From Gemmatimonadaceae bacterium (lineage in GTDB: Bacteria; Gemmatimonadota; Gemmatimonadetes; Gemmatimonadales; Gemmatimonadaceae), in assembly GCA_043718595.1 (NCBI GenBank), contig JAYSVL010000503.1, positions 1-35,407 of the forward strand: 35,407 nt of DNA. Reading direction: 5' to 3'. Below, piece by piece: positions 1 through 9,570 of this stretch (the first letter of the stretch is position 1; each line of letters begins with the position of its first letter). The translations under genes and the position numbers were made by a program. The notes under the pieces were generated by a model. The model saw nothing but the letters and a program-made list of their open reading frames with translations, did not search any database and was not told where the DNA came from.

Positions 1-1
1 G

Positions 2-964
2 CGACAGTTGTTTGTGCAGCAGGTTGGCGTACCGACACGCACCGTGTTGCACGGGCAGTCGTGGGGCGCGAGTGTCGCCGCAAAGACGGCGGAACTGTAT
101 GCGGCAACAGCGAACACCCGATCGCCCTACGATGCCGTCCTGCTCACCAACGGCGTGCTCGGCGGCGGTTCACAGTCGTATGACTTTCGCTTTGACTTGC
201 GAGCGGTGTACCAGGCGGTGTGCGGCAATCATCCGCGCGCGGACGAACCGTCTTACCCGTTGTGGCAAGGACTGCCGCTCGCGTCAAAACTCACCCGCGC
301 GCAGTTGGCCACTCGCGTGGACGAATGCACCGGCGTACGACAACCGGCCGCTGCGCGTACCGCACTGCAGCAACGCAATCTGACCGATATTCTCGCCGTC
401 ATTCCGATCGTCGAGAGTTCACTGATCAGTCATCTCAACTGGGGCACGTGGCATTTTCAGGACATCGTGTTCAACCGGCTCAACGGTCGCAATCCGTTTG
501 GCAATGCCACGGTGCGCTACCGCGGCTCTCACAACGACGCGGCGCTCAACGCGCGTGTATTTCGCGCGACGGCCAATGATGCGGCGCGCGCAGATTTTGC
601 GGCAGACGCCGATCTCACCGGTCGCATTGCCGTGCCCGTGATGACGATGCATGCGGTCAATGATCCTACGGCATTCGTCGAACTGGAGTCGGCGTTTCTG
701 GAGACGATGCGTCGCGGCGGCAGCGCCGAACGTCTTGTGCAACTGTTTACCGACGATAGCGAACACAGTTACCTTAGCGACGCGCAGTACGTAACGGCGA
801 TGCGCGCCCTGCTCGCGTGGGTGGAGCGTGGCGAGAAACCAACGTCTGCTGGTATCGCCGCGGAGTGCATGCAGATTGAGGTAGCGTTCGCACCACAAAC
901 GGGTTGTCGTTTTCTGCCCGCATACACCCCAAAGCCACTTCGCGCGCGTGTGCCCGCACGATGA
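2..964 (+). CDS. Alpha/beta-fold hydrolase (5'-truncated by window edge)
   Basis: Frame is open from the window start. Nucleophile elbow HGQSWG, acid motif HAVNDP and His motif EHSYL. The stop overlaps the next ATG (ATGA at 961-964). Confidence 0.75.
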   Translation, partial: RQLFVQQVGVPTRTVLHGQSWGASVAAKTAELYAATANTRSPYDAVLLTNGVLGGGSQSYDFRFDLRAVYQAVCGNHPRADEPSYPLWQGLPLASKLTRAQLATRVDECTGVRQPAAARTALQQRNLTDILAVIPIVESSLISHLNWGTWHFQDIVFNRLNGRNPFGNATVRYRGSHNDAALNARVFRATANDAARADFAADADLTGRIAVPVMTMHAVNDPTAFVELESAFLETMRRGGSAERLVQLFTDDSEHSYLSDAQYVTAMRALLAWVERGEKPTSAGIAAECMQIEVAFAPQTGCRFLPAYTPKPLRARVPAR

Positions 965-1992
965 AGGTGGAGATCGTCGGTTGTCACGCGGAAGGCGAAG
1001 TTGGTGATGTGATTGTGGGTGGTGTCGCGCCACCGCCGGGCAACACCATCTGGGAGCAATCACGATTCATCGCCAGCGACGGTGCGTTACGTGCGTTTGT
1101 GTTGCGCGAGCCGCGCGGTGGTGTGTTCCGTCATGTGAACCTGTTGGTGCCGCCCAAACATCCGCGGGCGCAGATGGGGTTCATCATCATGGAGCCGGAA
1201 GACACACCGCCCATGTCTGGCTCCAATTGCATCTGTGTTGCGACGGTGCTGCTCAATACCGGCATCGTGCCGATGCAGGAGCCGGAAACCCATCTTGTCC
1301 TAGAGGCACCGGCTGGCATCGTCGAGGTGCGCGCGCGCTGCCGGAACGCCAAGGCCGAAGCAATCACGCTACGCAATGTGCCGTCGTTTGTCGATCGACT
1401 GGGTGTGTCACTCGAGGTTGAGGGACTTGGCACAATCACCGTGGATACTGCATTCGGTGGTGACAGTTTTGTCATGGTGTCGGCACAAACGCTTGGGTTT
1501 GCGATTACGCCAGACGAGGCACGTGACATTGCGGGCGTTGGACGACGCATTGTGGCAGCGGCGAACGCACAGTTGGGGTTCGCGCATCCGACGCTGCCGG
1601 GGTGGAATCACTTTTCGTTTTGCTTTGTGACCGGACCACTGGAACGTGTTGACGGTTGCGTATCGAGTCGCAATGCGTGCGTCATCAAGCCCGGCAAAAT
1701 TGATCGTTCGCCGACTGGGACCGGATGTTCGGCGCTGATGGCACTGTTGCACGCGACCGGTGCACTACGTGTTGGTGAGACTTTCATTGGACGCTCGATC
1801 ATTGAAAGCCGGTTTATTGGTCGTATTGAGGGCGAAGCGCTGGTGGGCGACAGGCCGGCGATCATCCCGAGTATCACGGGTCGCGCGTGGGTGACGGGAA
1901 CGAGCACACTCACGCTTGACGCCGATGATCCGTGGCCGCTGGGGTATACGATATCTGACACGTGGCCGAGTGAGCGCAGATGGAACCGGTGA
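961..1992 (+). CDS. Proline racemase family protein with Ser/Thr catalytic pair (likely trans-3-hydroxy-L-proline dehydratase-like)
   Basis: Motifs HAEGE, EPRG, PMSGSN (in place of MCGH) and DRSPTGTG (in place of DRSPCGTG). ATG at 961 is coupled to the upstream stop. Confidence 0.88.
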   Translation: MKVEIVGCHAEGEVGDVIVGGVAPPPGNTIWEQSRFIASDGALRAFVLREPRGGVFRHVNLLVPPKHPRAQMGFIIMEPEDTPPMSGSNCICVATVLLNTGIVPMQEPETHLVLEAPAGIVEVRARCRNAKAEAITLRNVPSFVDRLGVSLEVEGLGTITVDTAFGGDSFVMVSAQTLGFAITPDEARDIAGVGRRIVAAANAQLGFAHPTLPGWNHFSFCFVTGPLERVDGCVSSRNACVIKPGKIDRSPTGTGCSALMALLHATGALRVGETFIGRSIIESRFIGRIEGEALVGDRPAIIPSITGRAWVTGTSTLTLDADDPWPLGYTISDTWPSERRWNR

Positions 1993-2171
1993 TTGAGCCG
2001 ACGGTGAGTGCGTACTCGCCGTTGTTTGAGTTGCGCGCATGGCGCCTGGAGTTGGACCGCATGGTGCATGAGTATGCGGACGACGCGGAGGCGATGGTGG
2101 TGATTTCGAAGGCTCGGCGTGAAGTGGGGGAATGGATTCGGGCGCGGGAGCGTCGCGTGGAGCGTCATTAA
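1989..2171 (+). CDS. Small hypothetical protein (60 aa, helical)
   Basis: GTG start overlaps the upstream stop (GTGA 1989-1992). Amphipathic protein-like composition, and it fills the gap before the convergent toxin gene. Confidence 0.5.
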   Translation: MIEPTVSAYSPLFELRAWRLELDRMVHEYADDAEAMVVISKARREVGEWIRARERRVERH

Positions 2172-2213
2172 CGAAATTCGGGCGCCTGTTGCCCGCCATG
2201 CCGCGCGTCACGA

Positions 2214-2516
2214 CTATGGCAGCCGAGCACCATGCCGAAAACCATAGACCTGCACTTCTGCACTATCTTCGTCGACGCGATAGAAAATCAAATAGTCTCC
2301 AAACACTACGCGTCGAAGCTGGATGCCTTCAATCTGGCTCTCGGTTTGTGCAACCGGGAAACGCAGCGGCAAATCCTCCAGACTATCCATCAGCGCGAGC
2401 AGGTCATTGAGCCACTTCGCAATGCGCGCGATGGGCACGAACTCCCTTTCGAAGTAGCTGAGTTGTGCCTCGAGCTGTACACGGAACCGCTCGGCAACTA
2501 AAACGCGATACGTCAT
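2214..2516 (-). CDS. Type II TA toxin, RelE/ParE family
   Basis: 100 aa with N-terminal YRVLV, P.RFP, LRRVVFGDYLIFYRV and C-terminal FRHGAR. Overlaps the antitoxin stop (ATGA). Confidence 0.88.
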   Translation of the reverse strand: MTYRVLVAERFRVQLEAQLSYFEREFVPIARIAKWLNDLLALMDSLEDLPLRFPVAQTESQIEGIQLRRVVFGDYLIFYRVDEDSAEVQVYGFRHGARLP

Positions 2517-2812
2517 TCGTTCAGGTCAATGCCGTGCTGGCTGGCCAGTTGCCGGATGCTCGCGCGGGCATCATGAACGCGACCAGCCGCGAAATCGTCC
2601 CGGCCCTGACGTATGAGGGTTAGGTTCTCGGCCAGCTCCGCCTTCTCCGCAAGTGCAGCAAGGGCGTCATAGCTATCTGGGCTTAGCACAACCGCTGCTG
2701 TGCGGCCATTGGCCGTGATAAAGAGCGGACGCCCGGTTTCGCGGACGCGCTGGAAATTCTCCGCCAGATGCGCGCGGTGCTCGGTCAGCGGCTGAATGTC
2801 TTTCGTGCGCAT
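2513..2812 (-). CDS. Type II TA antitoxin, Phd/YefM family
   Basis: DIQPLTE...RVRETGRPLFITANGRTAAVVLS is the Phd/YefM N-terminal signature. AGAGG RBS precedes the ATG at 2812. Confidence 0.9.
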   Translation of the reverse strand: MRTKDIQPLTEHRAHLAENFQRVRETGRPLFITANGRTAAVVLSPDSYDALAALAEKAELAENLTLIRQGRDDFAAGRVHDARASIRQLASQHGIDLNE

Positions 2813-2832
2813 GGCGACCTCTTTGTGTGAAA

Positions 2833-2878
2833 CGTACAATTATCTGTACATTTTAGCCTCTAGTGACACATAAGACAA
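2833..2878 (-). promoter_or_regulatory. Sigma70-like promoter and paired TGTACA-type operator of the Phd/ParE TA operon
   Basis: Minus strand TTGTCT (2878-2873), 17-nt spacer, TAAAAT (2855-2850). Hexamers CGTACA (2833-2838) and TGTACA (2845-2850) lie 12 bp apart, abutting the -10 box. Confidence 0.7.
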
Positions 2879-3016
2879 GCCCCAATCTTGACAACTGCCC
2901 CATCCCTACTACTAGAAACTATCTACTACATACTTAGTCGGAGGCAACTACCGCAACGAACTAGGCTACTGTGATGCTGTCACAAGGGTCGCACGCCGGT
3001 CGCCGCAGTCCGACAT

Positions 3017-3602
3017 TCAACGAACCACGCGGGTGGGCGCGAGTGTGATATCGCGATCGAGCACTTCGATTGAGGGCTTGTCCAGCCACAGCGTGCCAGC
3101 GCCAGCGAGGCCAACTCCGTACTCGATCGTTCCGCCGCTAGTCGGTACGTCCAGCACAATCTCGTGGCGCTGCCAGTCACCGTTCGTCGCCACAGTGATG
3201 AACTCGCCCGCAAGCCCGTAGCCGTTGCCGGGCGAATCGGGTCCTTGCACACGCGCCCAAAAAAACTGCACGACGAGGTGCCCCGGCGACCCGCGTGTAG
3301 CCAACGACGTGAATTCGCCTGCCACGATATGGGGAGGCAAAGAGCACGTTCATCCACGTGCCATACCCGAAGGACGAGTCCGCGACCGGCGATAAACGCA
3401 GCGTCGGACGTCCCTCGTGCAGAACACCTTGTCTCCCGATTTGCTAAACTCGCTCTTTCCGACGCCTGACATTCGCCAGCCCGTTGGGTCGGTGCCCTTC
3501 TGCTCGTGATCGATGGGCGGCGTGAGTGAACAGCCCGCGACTGCCCCAGTAAGCCGCTGTCACCGTCAGCAGAACGAATCGCGTGCACTTGTGTTGCGAC
3601 AT
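3017..3602 (-). pseudogene. Frameshifted secreted/lipoprotein gene with a beta-sandwich (galactose-binding-like) domain
   Basis: A coherent protein is split across frames: MSQHKCTRFVLLTVTAA / AVAGCSLT...GWRMSG / HEGRPTLRL...YGTWMN...PYRGRRIHVVGY / FWARVQG...DWQRHEIVLDVP...GTLWLD. One shift falls in the A7 run at 3259-3265. Confidence 0.65.
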
Positions 3603-3634
3603 GAACTGGCGGCGATACTTGGAGAGTGGGCGAT

Positions 3635-4318
3635 TCACTGGCCCGGCTCGCCAAGCAAATACGCGAACATCGACCGGCGATGCGGACGGATGTTGTACGG
3701 ACCATAACACAGCAAGCGCAACACAGAATCCGGGCGTGCATACCAACTGCCCCAACTCAGTGGCGTGTCGCCGTGCGCATCCTTGGCCTCGACATCGGCG
3801 CGCGCGTTAAGCAGCAACTGAATCGTCTCCTCACGGCCAAACGCGGCCGCACGATGCAACGGCGTTTCTCCCTTGGTTCGGCAGTCGCGCATAAAACCGC
3901 CGGTCTCCACGCCGGGCGTCGTTCGGGCATTGGGATCGGCACCATGACTCAGCAACACGCGCAACACCAGATCATGCGCCGTGCGATTGTTCGTACACAA
4001 CGCCGCGTGCAGCGGTGTCTCACCCGTGTCAGCGAGCGGAACGTTGACGTTCGCCCCATGCTCGATAAGAAACTCGCACAATCGCCAGTGTCCATGAAAC
4101 GCGGCCCCGTTGAGATTCAGGTTGTCGCCGAGTGACGCAAACGACTCGCCGTTCGCCAGCAGAAAACGCATGGCACTGACATCGCCGTGATATGCGCATC
4201 GCTCGATCAGTCGCTCGCCCTCGCTGTCGCGCGACGTTGCCGCATGTCCCGCAGCAACATGCTCGAACACCAAGTCCGTTCGTCCGTTGGCTATTCGGCG
4301 CAGTACATCGTTGGCCAT
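3635..4318 (-). CDS. Ankyrin repeat protein
   Basis: Repeated GETPLHAA, GETPLHRAA and GDTPL motifs, plus LIEHGANVN, LLSHGADPN and LLNARADVE. Confidence 0.9.
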   Translation of the reverse strand: MANDVLRRIANGRTDLVFEHVAAGHAATSRDSEGERLIERCAYHGDVSAMRFLLANGESFASLGDNLNLNGAAFHGHWRLCEFLIEHGANVNVPLADTGETPLHAALCTNNRTAHDLVLRVLLSHGADPNARTTPGVETGGFMRDCRTKGETPLHRAAAFGREETIQLLLNARADVEAKDAHGDTPLSWGSWYARPDSVLRLLCYGPYNIRPHRRSMFAYLLGEPGQ

Positions 4319-4381
4319 GACTCGACTCGCTGGCGTTGGCGGTGAGACTCAAGTGTGCAGCACAGTGCACGCGTTCGCCAG

Positions 4382-6244
4382 TCATAGGCGACCGCCGCGG
4401 GCGATGCCGAGCCGCCGCCAGTACTCGAATACCAACACCATGCTCAGCGTGTCGAGCTTGCAATACTGCAGCAAGAGTTCTCGCCACTTGGCGATCGCCT
4501 CCGTATCCGATCGCTCCACGCCATACATCATCGCCTCATACGCGCGCATCGCGCCGGTGCCCTCGCGCACGTCCTGCGTCACGCCTGCAATCTCGAGTGC
4601 AGGCAACGCGTGATACGGATCTTCGTGCGCCGATACCACGGTGCCCGTCCACGCTGCATATTGCTCGCGCATTGCGGCGTCTGACTTCCACATCGCGTCA
4701 AGCACCACCTTGATGGACGTCCGTCCGCCCATGCCAGGATGATAGAAATCGTTGACGGCACAGAGATGCAGATCGAACACGCGGTTCTTGGTCAAGTGCG
4801 CGACCCACGCTTCAAGATCCGGATCGCGCGGCATGAATTGGGGGTGCTCAGTCGCGAGCTCTTTGAGGCGTCCCTGCTCAAACGGTGACCACGCCAAGAC
4901 CCTGTCGTCATCGCCAATCACATCGCGTAGCGTTCGCGCAAAGCTTACGTTCGGCCAGAAGTGTTCGCTGTTGAGCCATTCGGTGTGGCGCGGTGTGGCG
5001 CCCGGTGCATCCACAGTATGACAACTCCACTGAAACATGACCTGCCCGTACGGTCGCATCTTTGCGTGATAGGGCAGCGCTAGACGCGACACTTCGAAGT
5101 CGATGAAGTGCATGGGATAGGTGAGCGGTGCCAGTTTGCCACCCAGCGCATCGCTTACCCACACCGCACCGCTCCGTGTGTGACTGATCTGCCGCAACTG
5201 TCGCTCGGCTTGCGCGCCGACTGTGCCATCCTTCTTGACGAGTCGGTCTTCGGGGATATCAAACAGTGAGGCCTTGCCGTCACGAGCGAGCGACGTGACG
5301 AGTGATGTGCCGTCCGACTCTTTGACGGTGCTCACCTTGAATAGCCCAAGCACATGCGGAGCGACCGTCGCGAGCGCACCCCAGCACTGCCCAAACCCAC
5401 TTTCGGCGACGGGATCGGTGCGAAACTCGCAACCCGCACACTGCGCATCGAGTGGTGGCACCAGCACGTCTCGCGGCACATCGAGCAGCGTTTCATAGTG
5501 CGCCGCCGCTGCGTCCACCTGCGCACGCAGCATCGCCACTTCTTCAGTCGCGTCTACGAGCGTCAACAGGTCGAGCTGCGCTAGATCCTCAGCAGAGCCG
5601 AGGAAGTCGACAGCGATGACGTCACCTTGCGTGCCGTGTGCATCACGGCGCGTGAGAGAGAACAACGATGGCACGTTATCGAGGGCCGACCGTTTGCTCT
5701 TATCAACCATCAGGAGAAACGGGAGTACGGTTACGCCGGGCAGTGCGCGCTCGAGCACGAGTGTTTGGTACGACAGTTCCTCAAATTTCGGCAACCAATC
5801 GGCCATGATTGGACGGCCCTTTTTCGCCGCGCGAAACTCACCCGGTCCACCGGTAGCAAGGCTCTCTGCGTGTGCCGCTCCATCAAACGACTTGGCCTTC
5901 ACTTCAATCAACCGCACCACGTTGCCACGCTTCTCGATGATGTCGGTGCGCACCAGTCGCCGCCCGGCCACAAACGTCGCTTCAAACAGCGTCGTGCTAG
6001 CTGCGCGCAGAAGTTCGCGCGTGTGCTCAACGTCGCGCGTCGTGCTTCCGGACGCGACGTGCAACCCACCGGGAAACATCGCGCGAGCCAACGCTTCCAC
6101 CATAAACCCGCCATCCGCCAGCAACCGGAGATACTGATTGCTGGCGCGTGTGTCAGGAAATCCATGTTCGCGCCAATGCAACTTCATTTCACAGTCGCGC
6201 GCCAGCAGAAAGTCCGACTTCGACAATGTGCGATTTGAGTGCAT
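4382..6244 (-). CDS. DUF2779 domain protein (PD-(D/E)xK/Cas4-like nuclease plus RNase H-like 3'-5' exonuclease domain)
   Basis: N-terminal LSKSDF...C.MKL, RTDII...LIEVKAK and CAGCEF...CW. C-terminal FIDFE...PYGQVMFQWSCH, SIKVVL and LLQYCKLDT. Confidence 0.85.
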   Translation of the reverse strand: MHSNRTLSKSDFLLARDCEMKLHWREHGFPDTRASNQYLRLLADGGFMVEALARAMFPGGLHVASGSTTRDVEHTRELLRAASTTLFEATFVAGRRLVRTDIIEKRGNVVRLIEVKAKSFDGAAHAESLATGGPGEFRAAKKGRPIMADWLPKFEELSYQTLVLERALPGVTVLPFLLMVDKSKRSALDNVPSLFSLTRRDAHGTQGDVIAVDFLGSAEDLAQLDLLTLVDATEEVAMLRAQVDAAAAHYETLLDVPRDVLVPPLDAQCAGCEFRTDPVAESGFGQCWGALATVAPHVLGLFKVSTVKESDGTSLVTSLARDGKASLFDIPEDRLVKKDGTVGAQAERQLRQISHTRSGAVWVSDALGGKLAPLTYPMHFIDFEVSRLALPYHAKMRPYGQVMFQWSCHTVDAPGATPRHTEWLNSEHFWPNVSFARTLRDVIGDDDRVLAWSPFEQGRLKELATEHPQFMPRDPDLEAWVAHLTKNRVFDLHLCAVNDFYHPGMGGRTSIKVVLDAMWKSDAAMREQYAAWTGTVVSAHEDPYHALPALEIAGVTQDVREGTGAMRAYEAMMYGVERSDTEAIAKWRELLLQYCKLDTLSMVLVFEYWRRLGIARGGRL

Positions 6245-6264
6245 GCGTTGAAACTTAAACGCCG

Positions 6265-8634
6265 CTACTTGCTGCGAGAGCGCACGCGCCAGAGATAACT
6301 CGCCTTGACAAACGCCCCATCACTCGTGCGTTCAGCACTACTGGGGCGGAACGTATCCGTCGCGTCAAGCGCCGTGCCATAGCCGAGGTAGACGACCGTG
6401 CCCGGGCTGGGCAGATAGGAGAACAGCCAGTCAGCGCGACCAAGAAGTGAGCGTCGTGCCGCGATGGTGCTGTATGCGCCGGTGCTAGTGCGCGTGAACA
6501 GTGGCGTGTTGGTGCGCGGGTCACGCAGCGCGTCGCGCTCGCGCGACTCCACCTGCCCCACAAAACGCAAGAAGAGCGCGCGAGAGAACTGATATTCCAG
6601 ACGCAGTCGTGGCACGAGCTGTGCGCTAAACAAGGAGCCATCGCGTCGTCGTTCAAAACGTTGATAGCGAAGCAACGTGCCCACGCGTACGCGCGGTGTC
6701 GGTCGCAAATCGACGCTGGCCTCGAGATCACGGCGATTGACGGTCGCCGTCTCAAAGAACTCTGGCTCTGTTCCACCTCTGGCGGTGACGGTAGCGCCGA
6801 GCCGACGCCACTGAGGTGTATTCACCGATAACGTCACACCCGTCGTGACCTGCGCATCACTCGGCGTGAAGGCGACAGTGTCACGCGGGTTCGCGGCGAC
6901 CGAGTAGCGCCCGACGTAACGGCGCGGATCAAAGCGCGTCGACTGCATCTCTGGCATGATGCTCACGCGCCACCCGCCGCGAATTAGCAGCGAATTGTCG
7001 ATCGAGAACGCATGCTCAAGTGGTGCACGTCGATAGGCAAAATCATCGTACGTCCACAAGGTGGATCCCGACACAAAATGTTGTCGTTGATCCCACCAAC
7101 CACCGCGCTTGCCGAAACGTGTCAGGCGCTGATTCATCTGCAGCTTGACGAAGTCGACGCGATTGACAAAACCGGACTGGGTTTCAAACCCCGGAGAAAA
7201 TCCCTGAATGGCATACCGATAGCCGTACGCTCGCCCACTGCGGCCGTGATTCGCCTCCCACAGTCCACCAGTTCGCGTCGTGCTGTCGCGTGTGATGGTT
7301 CCGGCGAGCCTGAACTCGGCGCTGTAGAAATTGGCGAATTGCAAGCGCGCATCGAGTCCAGCGACACGATTGGACCGTCCACGTTCCATGCGATCGGTAT
7401 ACACCAAACCCGCTGTGCTCTGCGCGCCAACGTCGCGGCGCAGTCGCACCGTATTGAAGACAGGATTCGACCGCCCATCGCGACTGCTGCTGGCCGCATC
7501 GATGGCGCTCATGAATCCGAGATCAGTTCGCGGCAGTTTGCCAGTAAGTTTCAGTGCGCCGACCGGTTGAATGATCGATCGGGTATTCACGAGGCGATTC
7601 GGCGCGTCAAACTGTTCGCTCCCCTCAACAAAGAAGGGCCGCAACTCGGGATAGAAGAGCGCAAATCGCACATCACCGGGAATCTGTCCAACATCCGTCT
7701 CGACCTGACTGAAATCAGGGTTGGCCGTTGCGTTGAGTGTGAGGTTGGGACTGAGTCCCCATCGCACATCGCCACTCACCTCGTTGCGCGTGCCGTATGC
7801 CCAACCGTTCGCTTTCGGCGTGCCCGTTGTGGTGGCGATTGACGTTGGTGTGAGATCGAGCACGAGGCCACGCTTCATGCCACTCATGCCGCGCAGATGT
7901 CCTTGTTGTGCCGAAAAACTCTGTTGCGCGCGCGAAACCGGCGTCCAGGTATCCTGGTAGCCCGAGCGCTGCGTCTGTCGGACAACCTGCAGCCCCCAGT
8001 CTTGCGCCGCGCCCATCTGGAAACGAATCGACTTAAACGGGATCCGCAGTTCAATTTCGAAGCCGTCGTCGAGACGGTGTCCGGCCGATTGCCACAAGAA
8101 GTTCTGCGACAGGTCGACTGCCTGCATGGACGCGCGTGACACACCGGGGCCAGCCGACTGTTCACTCCGCATGCCGTCGGCCTGCACACCCAACGGATTG
8201 ACGGCAAAGACGAACGCGCGTCGCTGATCATTGAACGTGTCAAGATGTAACGCGATCCAGTCATCGTTCTGAATGCGATCACGTTCGGCCAACGTCGCAC
8301 GCACCGTCCCCGCAGGCGCCCACGCGCGCACACCAACGTACAGTGCATCTTCGGCATAGAACATGCGCACCTGAATCGAATCTTGCGCTGGTCGCCCGTC
8401 CACCGGGTTGTACGTAGAAAACTTTGTCAGCAGACTCGCCTCACGCCACGACGATTCCGTCAGACTGCCGTCGACCACAATGGACGTCGACAGTCGCGGT
8501 AGCCGCACGTCAAGCTGCCCGTCGCGACCTGCGTGGACGCGATCGGCGGCGACCACCGGCGGCGATTCGGACGGAGCGCCGCTCTGCAACGTGGTAGCGG
8601 TCTGGATAAGTGCAACGACAATGGCAGAGATCAT
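6265..8634 (-). CDS. Secreted/outer-membrane protein with CBM9-like and DUF5916 domains
   Basis: Signal peptide. VDGSLTE..W, LDTFNDQRRAF.FAVNPLGVQ.D, IPFKSIRF and NPDFSQVE...FYPELRPFF.EG signatures, followed by a beta-barrel-like C-terminus. Confidence 0.85.
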   Translation of the reverse strand: MISAIVVALIQTATTLQSGAPSESPPVVAADRVHAGRDGQLDVRLPRLSTSIVVDGSLTESSWREASLLTKFSTYNPVDGRPAQDSIQVRMFYAEDALYVGVRAWAPAGTVRATLAERDRIQNDDWIALHLDTFNDQRRAFVFAVNPLGVQADGMRSEQSAGPGVSRASMQAVDLSQNFLWQSAGHRLDDGFEIELRIPFKSIRFQMGAAQDWGLQVVRQTQRSGYQDTWTPVSRAQQSFSAQQGHLRGMSGMKRGLVLDLTPTSIATTTGTPKANGWAYGTRNEVSGDVRWGLSPNLTLNATANPDFSQVETDVGQIPGDVRFALFYPELRPFFVEGSEQFDAPNRLVNTRSIIQPVGALKLTGKLPRTDLGFMSAIDAASSSRDGRSNPVFNTVRLRRDVGAQSTAGLVYTDRMERGRSNRVAGLDARLQFANFYSAEFRLAGTITRDSTTRTGGLWEANHGRSGRAYGYRYAIQGFSPGFETQSGFVNRVDFVKLQMNQRLTRFGKRGGWWDQRQHFVSGSTLWTYDDFAYRRAPLEHAFSIDNSLLIRGGWRVSIMPEMQSTRFDPRRYVGRYSVAANPRDTVAFTPSDAQVTTGVTLSVNTPQWRRLGATVTARGGTEPEFFETATVNRRDLEASVDLRPTPRVRVGTLLRYQRFERRRDGSLFSAQLVPRLRLEYQFSRALFLRFVGQVESRERDALRDPRTNTPLFTRTSTGAYSTIAARRSLLGRADWLFSYLPSPGTVVYLGYGTALDATDTFRPSSAERTSDGAFVKASYLWRVRSRSK

Positions 8635-8742
8635 GGTAACAACAGTTTACGCGAGACTACCGCCATCCGCTGGGGAACGGCGCAAAGGCAACCGGCCCCG
8701 CACAGAGGTGTGCTTGCAGCCACCCGGCGATAAGCTTCCCGG

Positions 8743-9570
8743 ATGATCGTCCATCTTGTCGACGGCACCTACGAACTGTACCGCCATTTCTACGGCCTCC
8801 GGCGCTTCAACAACGGTGACGATGCCCAATTCGGCGCGGCACTCGGCGTACTGAACACGGTGCTCCAGATGATCGAGGGCGGGGCGGCATTTATCGCGGT
8901 CGCCACCGACCACGTGATCGAATCCTTTCGCAACGATATGTGGCCCGGCTACAAAACAGGCGATGGCATCGACCCCGCGCTCTGGGCGCAATTGCATCCG
9001 TTAGAAGACGCGCTCGCTGCAATGGGCGTGGCGGTGTGGCCGATGGTGGAGCTCGAGGCCGACGACGCGCTCGCGTCGGCTGCGCATCTCGCCGCACTCG
9101 ACGATCGGGTGGAGAAGGTGAGCATCTGGACGCCAGACAAAGATCTGGCGCAGTGTGTGCGCGGAGATCGTGTGGTGCAGGTGGACCGTAAGAGTGGCAA
9201 CGTGCGCAACGAAGCGGCGGTGATTGAGAAGTTCGGAGTGCCGCCAGCGCTCATCGCCGACTATCTCGCGTTGGTTGGTGACGCCGCCGACGGGTATCCC
9301 GGCATCGCAGGCATTGGTGCAAAAACGGCCGCGCGTTTGCTCATGCGACACGGCCCCATCGAACAGTTTCCGCCGGACGTGCTCGGCGCGAACCAGGCCA
9401 ATGCGCTGTTGTTCAAACAACTGGCGACGTTGCGTACCGATGCGCCGTTGTTTGACAATGTAGACGAACTACAGTGGCGTGGGCCTACACCGCGGTTTGC
9501 CGCAGTCGCCGAACACTTTGGCGACGCGAAAGTTCTTGAGCGGAGCACACGGCTTACCCCAGTGTCGTAA
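8743..9570 (+). CDS. Stand-alone 5'-3' exonuclease / flap endonuclease (PIN plus H3TH)
   Basis: LVDG, FRN...YK, EADD, DKDL.Q and LVGD.ADGYPGI.GIG.KTA motifs. No polymerase domain follows. Confidence 0.9.
   Translation: MIVHLVDGTYELYRHFYGLRRFNNGDDAQFGAALGVLNTVLQMIEGGAAFIAVATDHVIESFRNDMWPGYKTGDGIDPALWAQLHPLEDALAAMGVAVWPMVELEADDALASAAHLAALDDRVEKVSIWTPDKDLAQCVRGDRVVQVDRKSGNVRNEAAVIEKFGVPPALIADYLALVGDAADGYPGIAGIGAKTAARLLMRHGPIEQFPPDVLGANQANALLFKQLATLRTDAPLFDNVDELQWRGPTPRFAAVAEHFGDAKVLERSTRLTPVS

Noticed and set aside
2161-2213. Possible attC after the ParE toxin (TA as an integron cassette)
   Set aside because: There is only a short CGGGC/GCCCG hairpin, without R and L boxes at the correct spacing.
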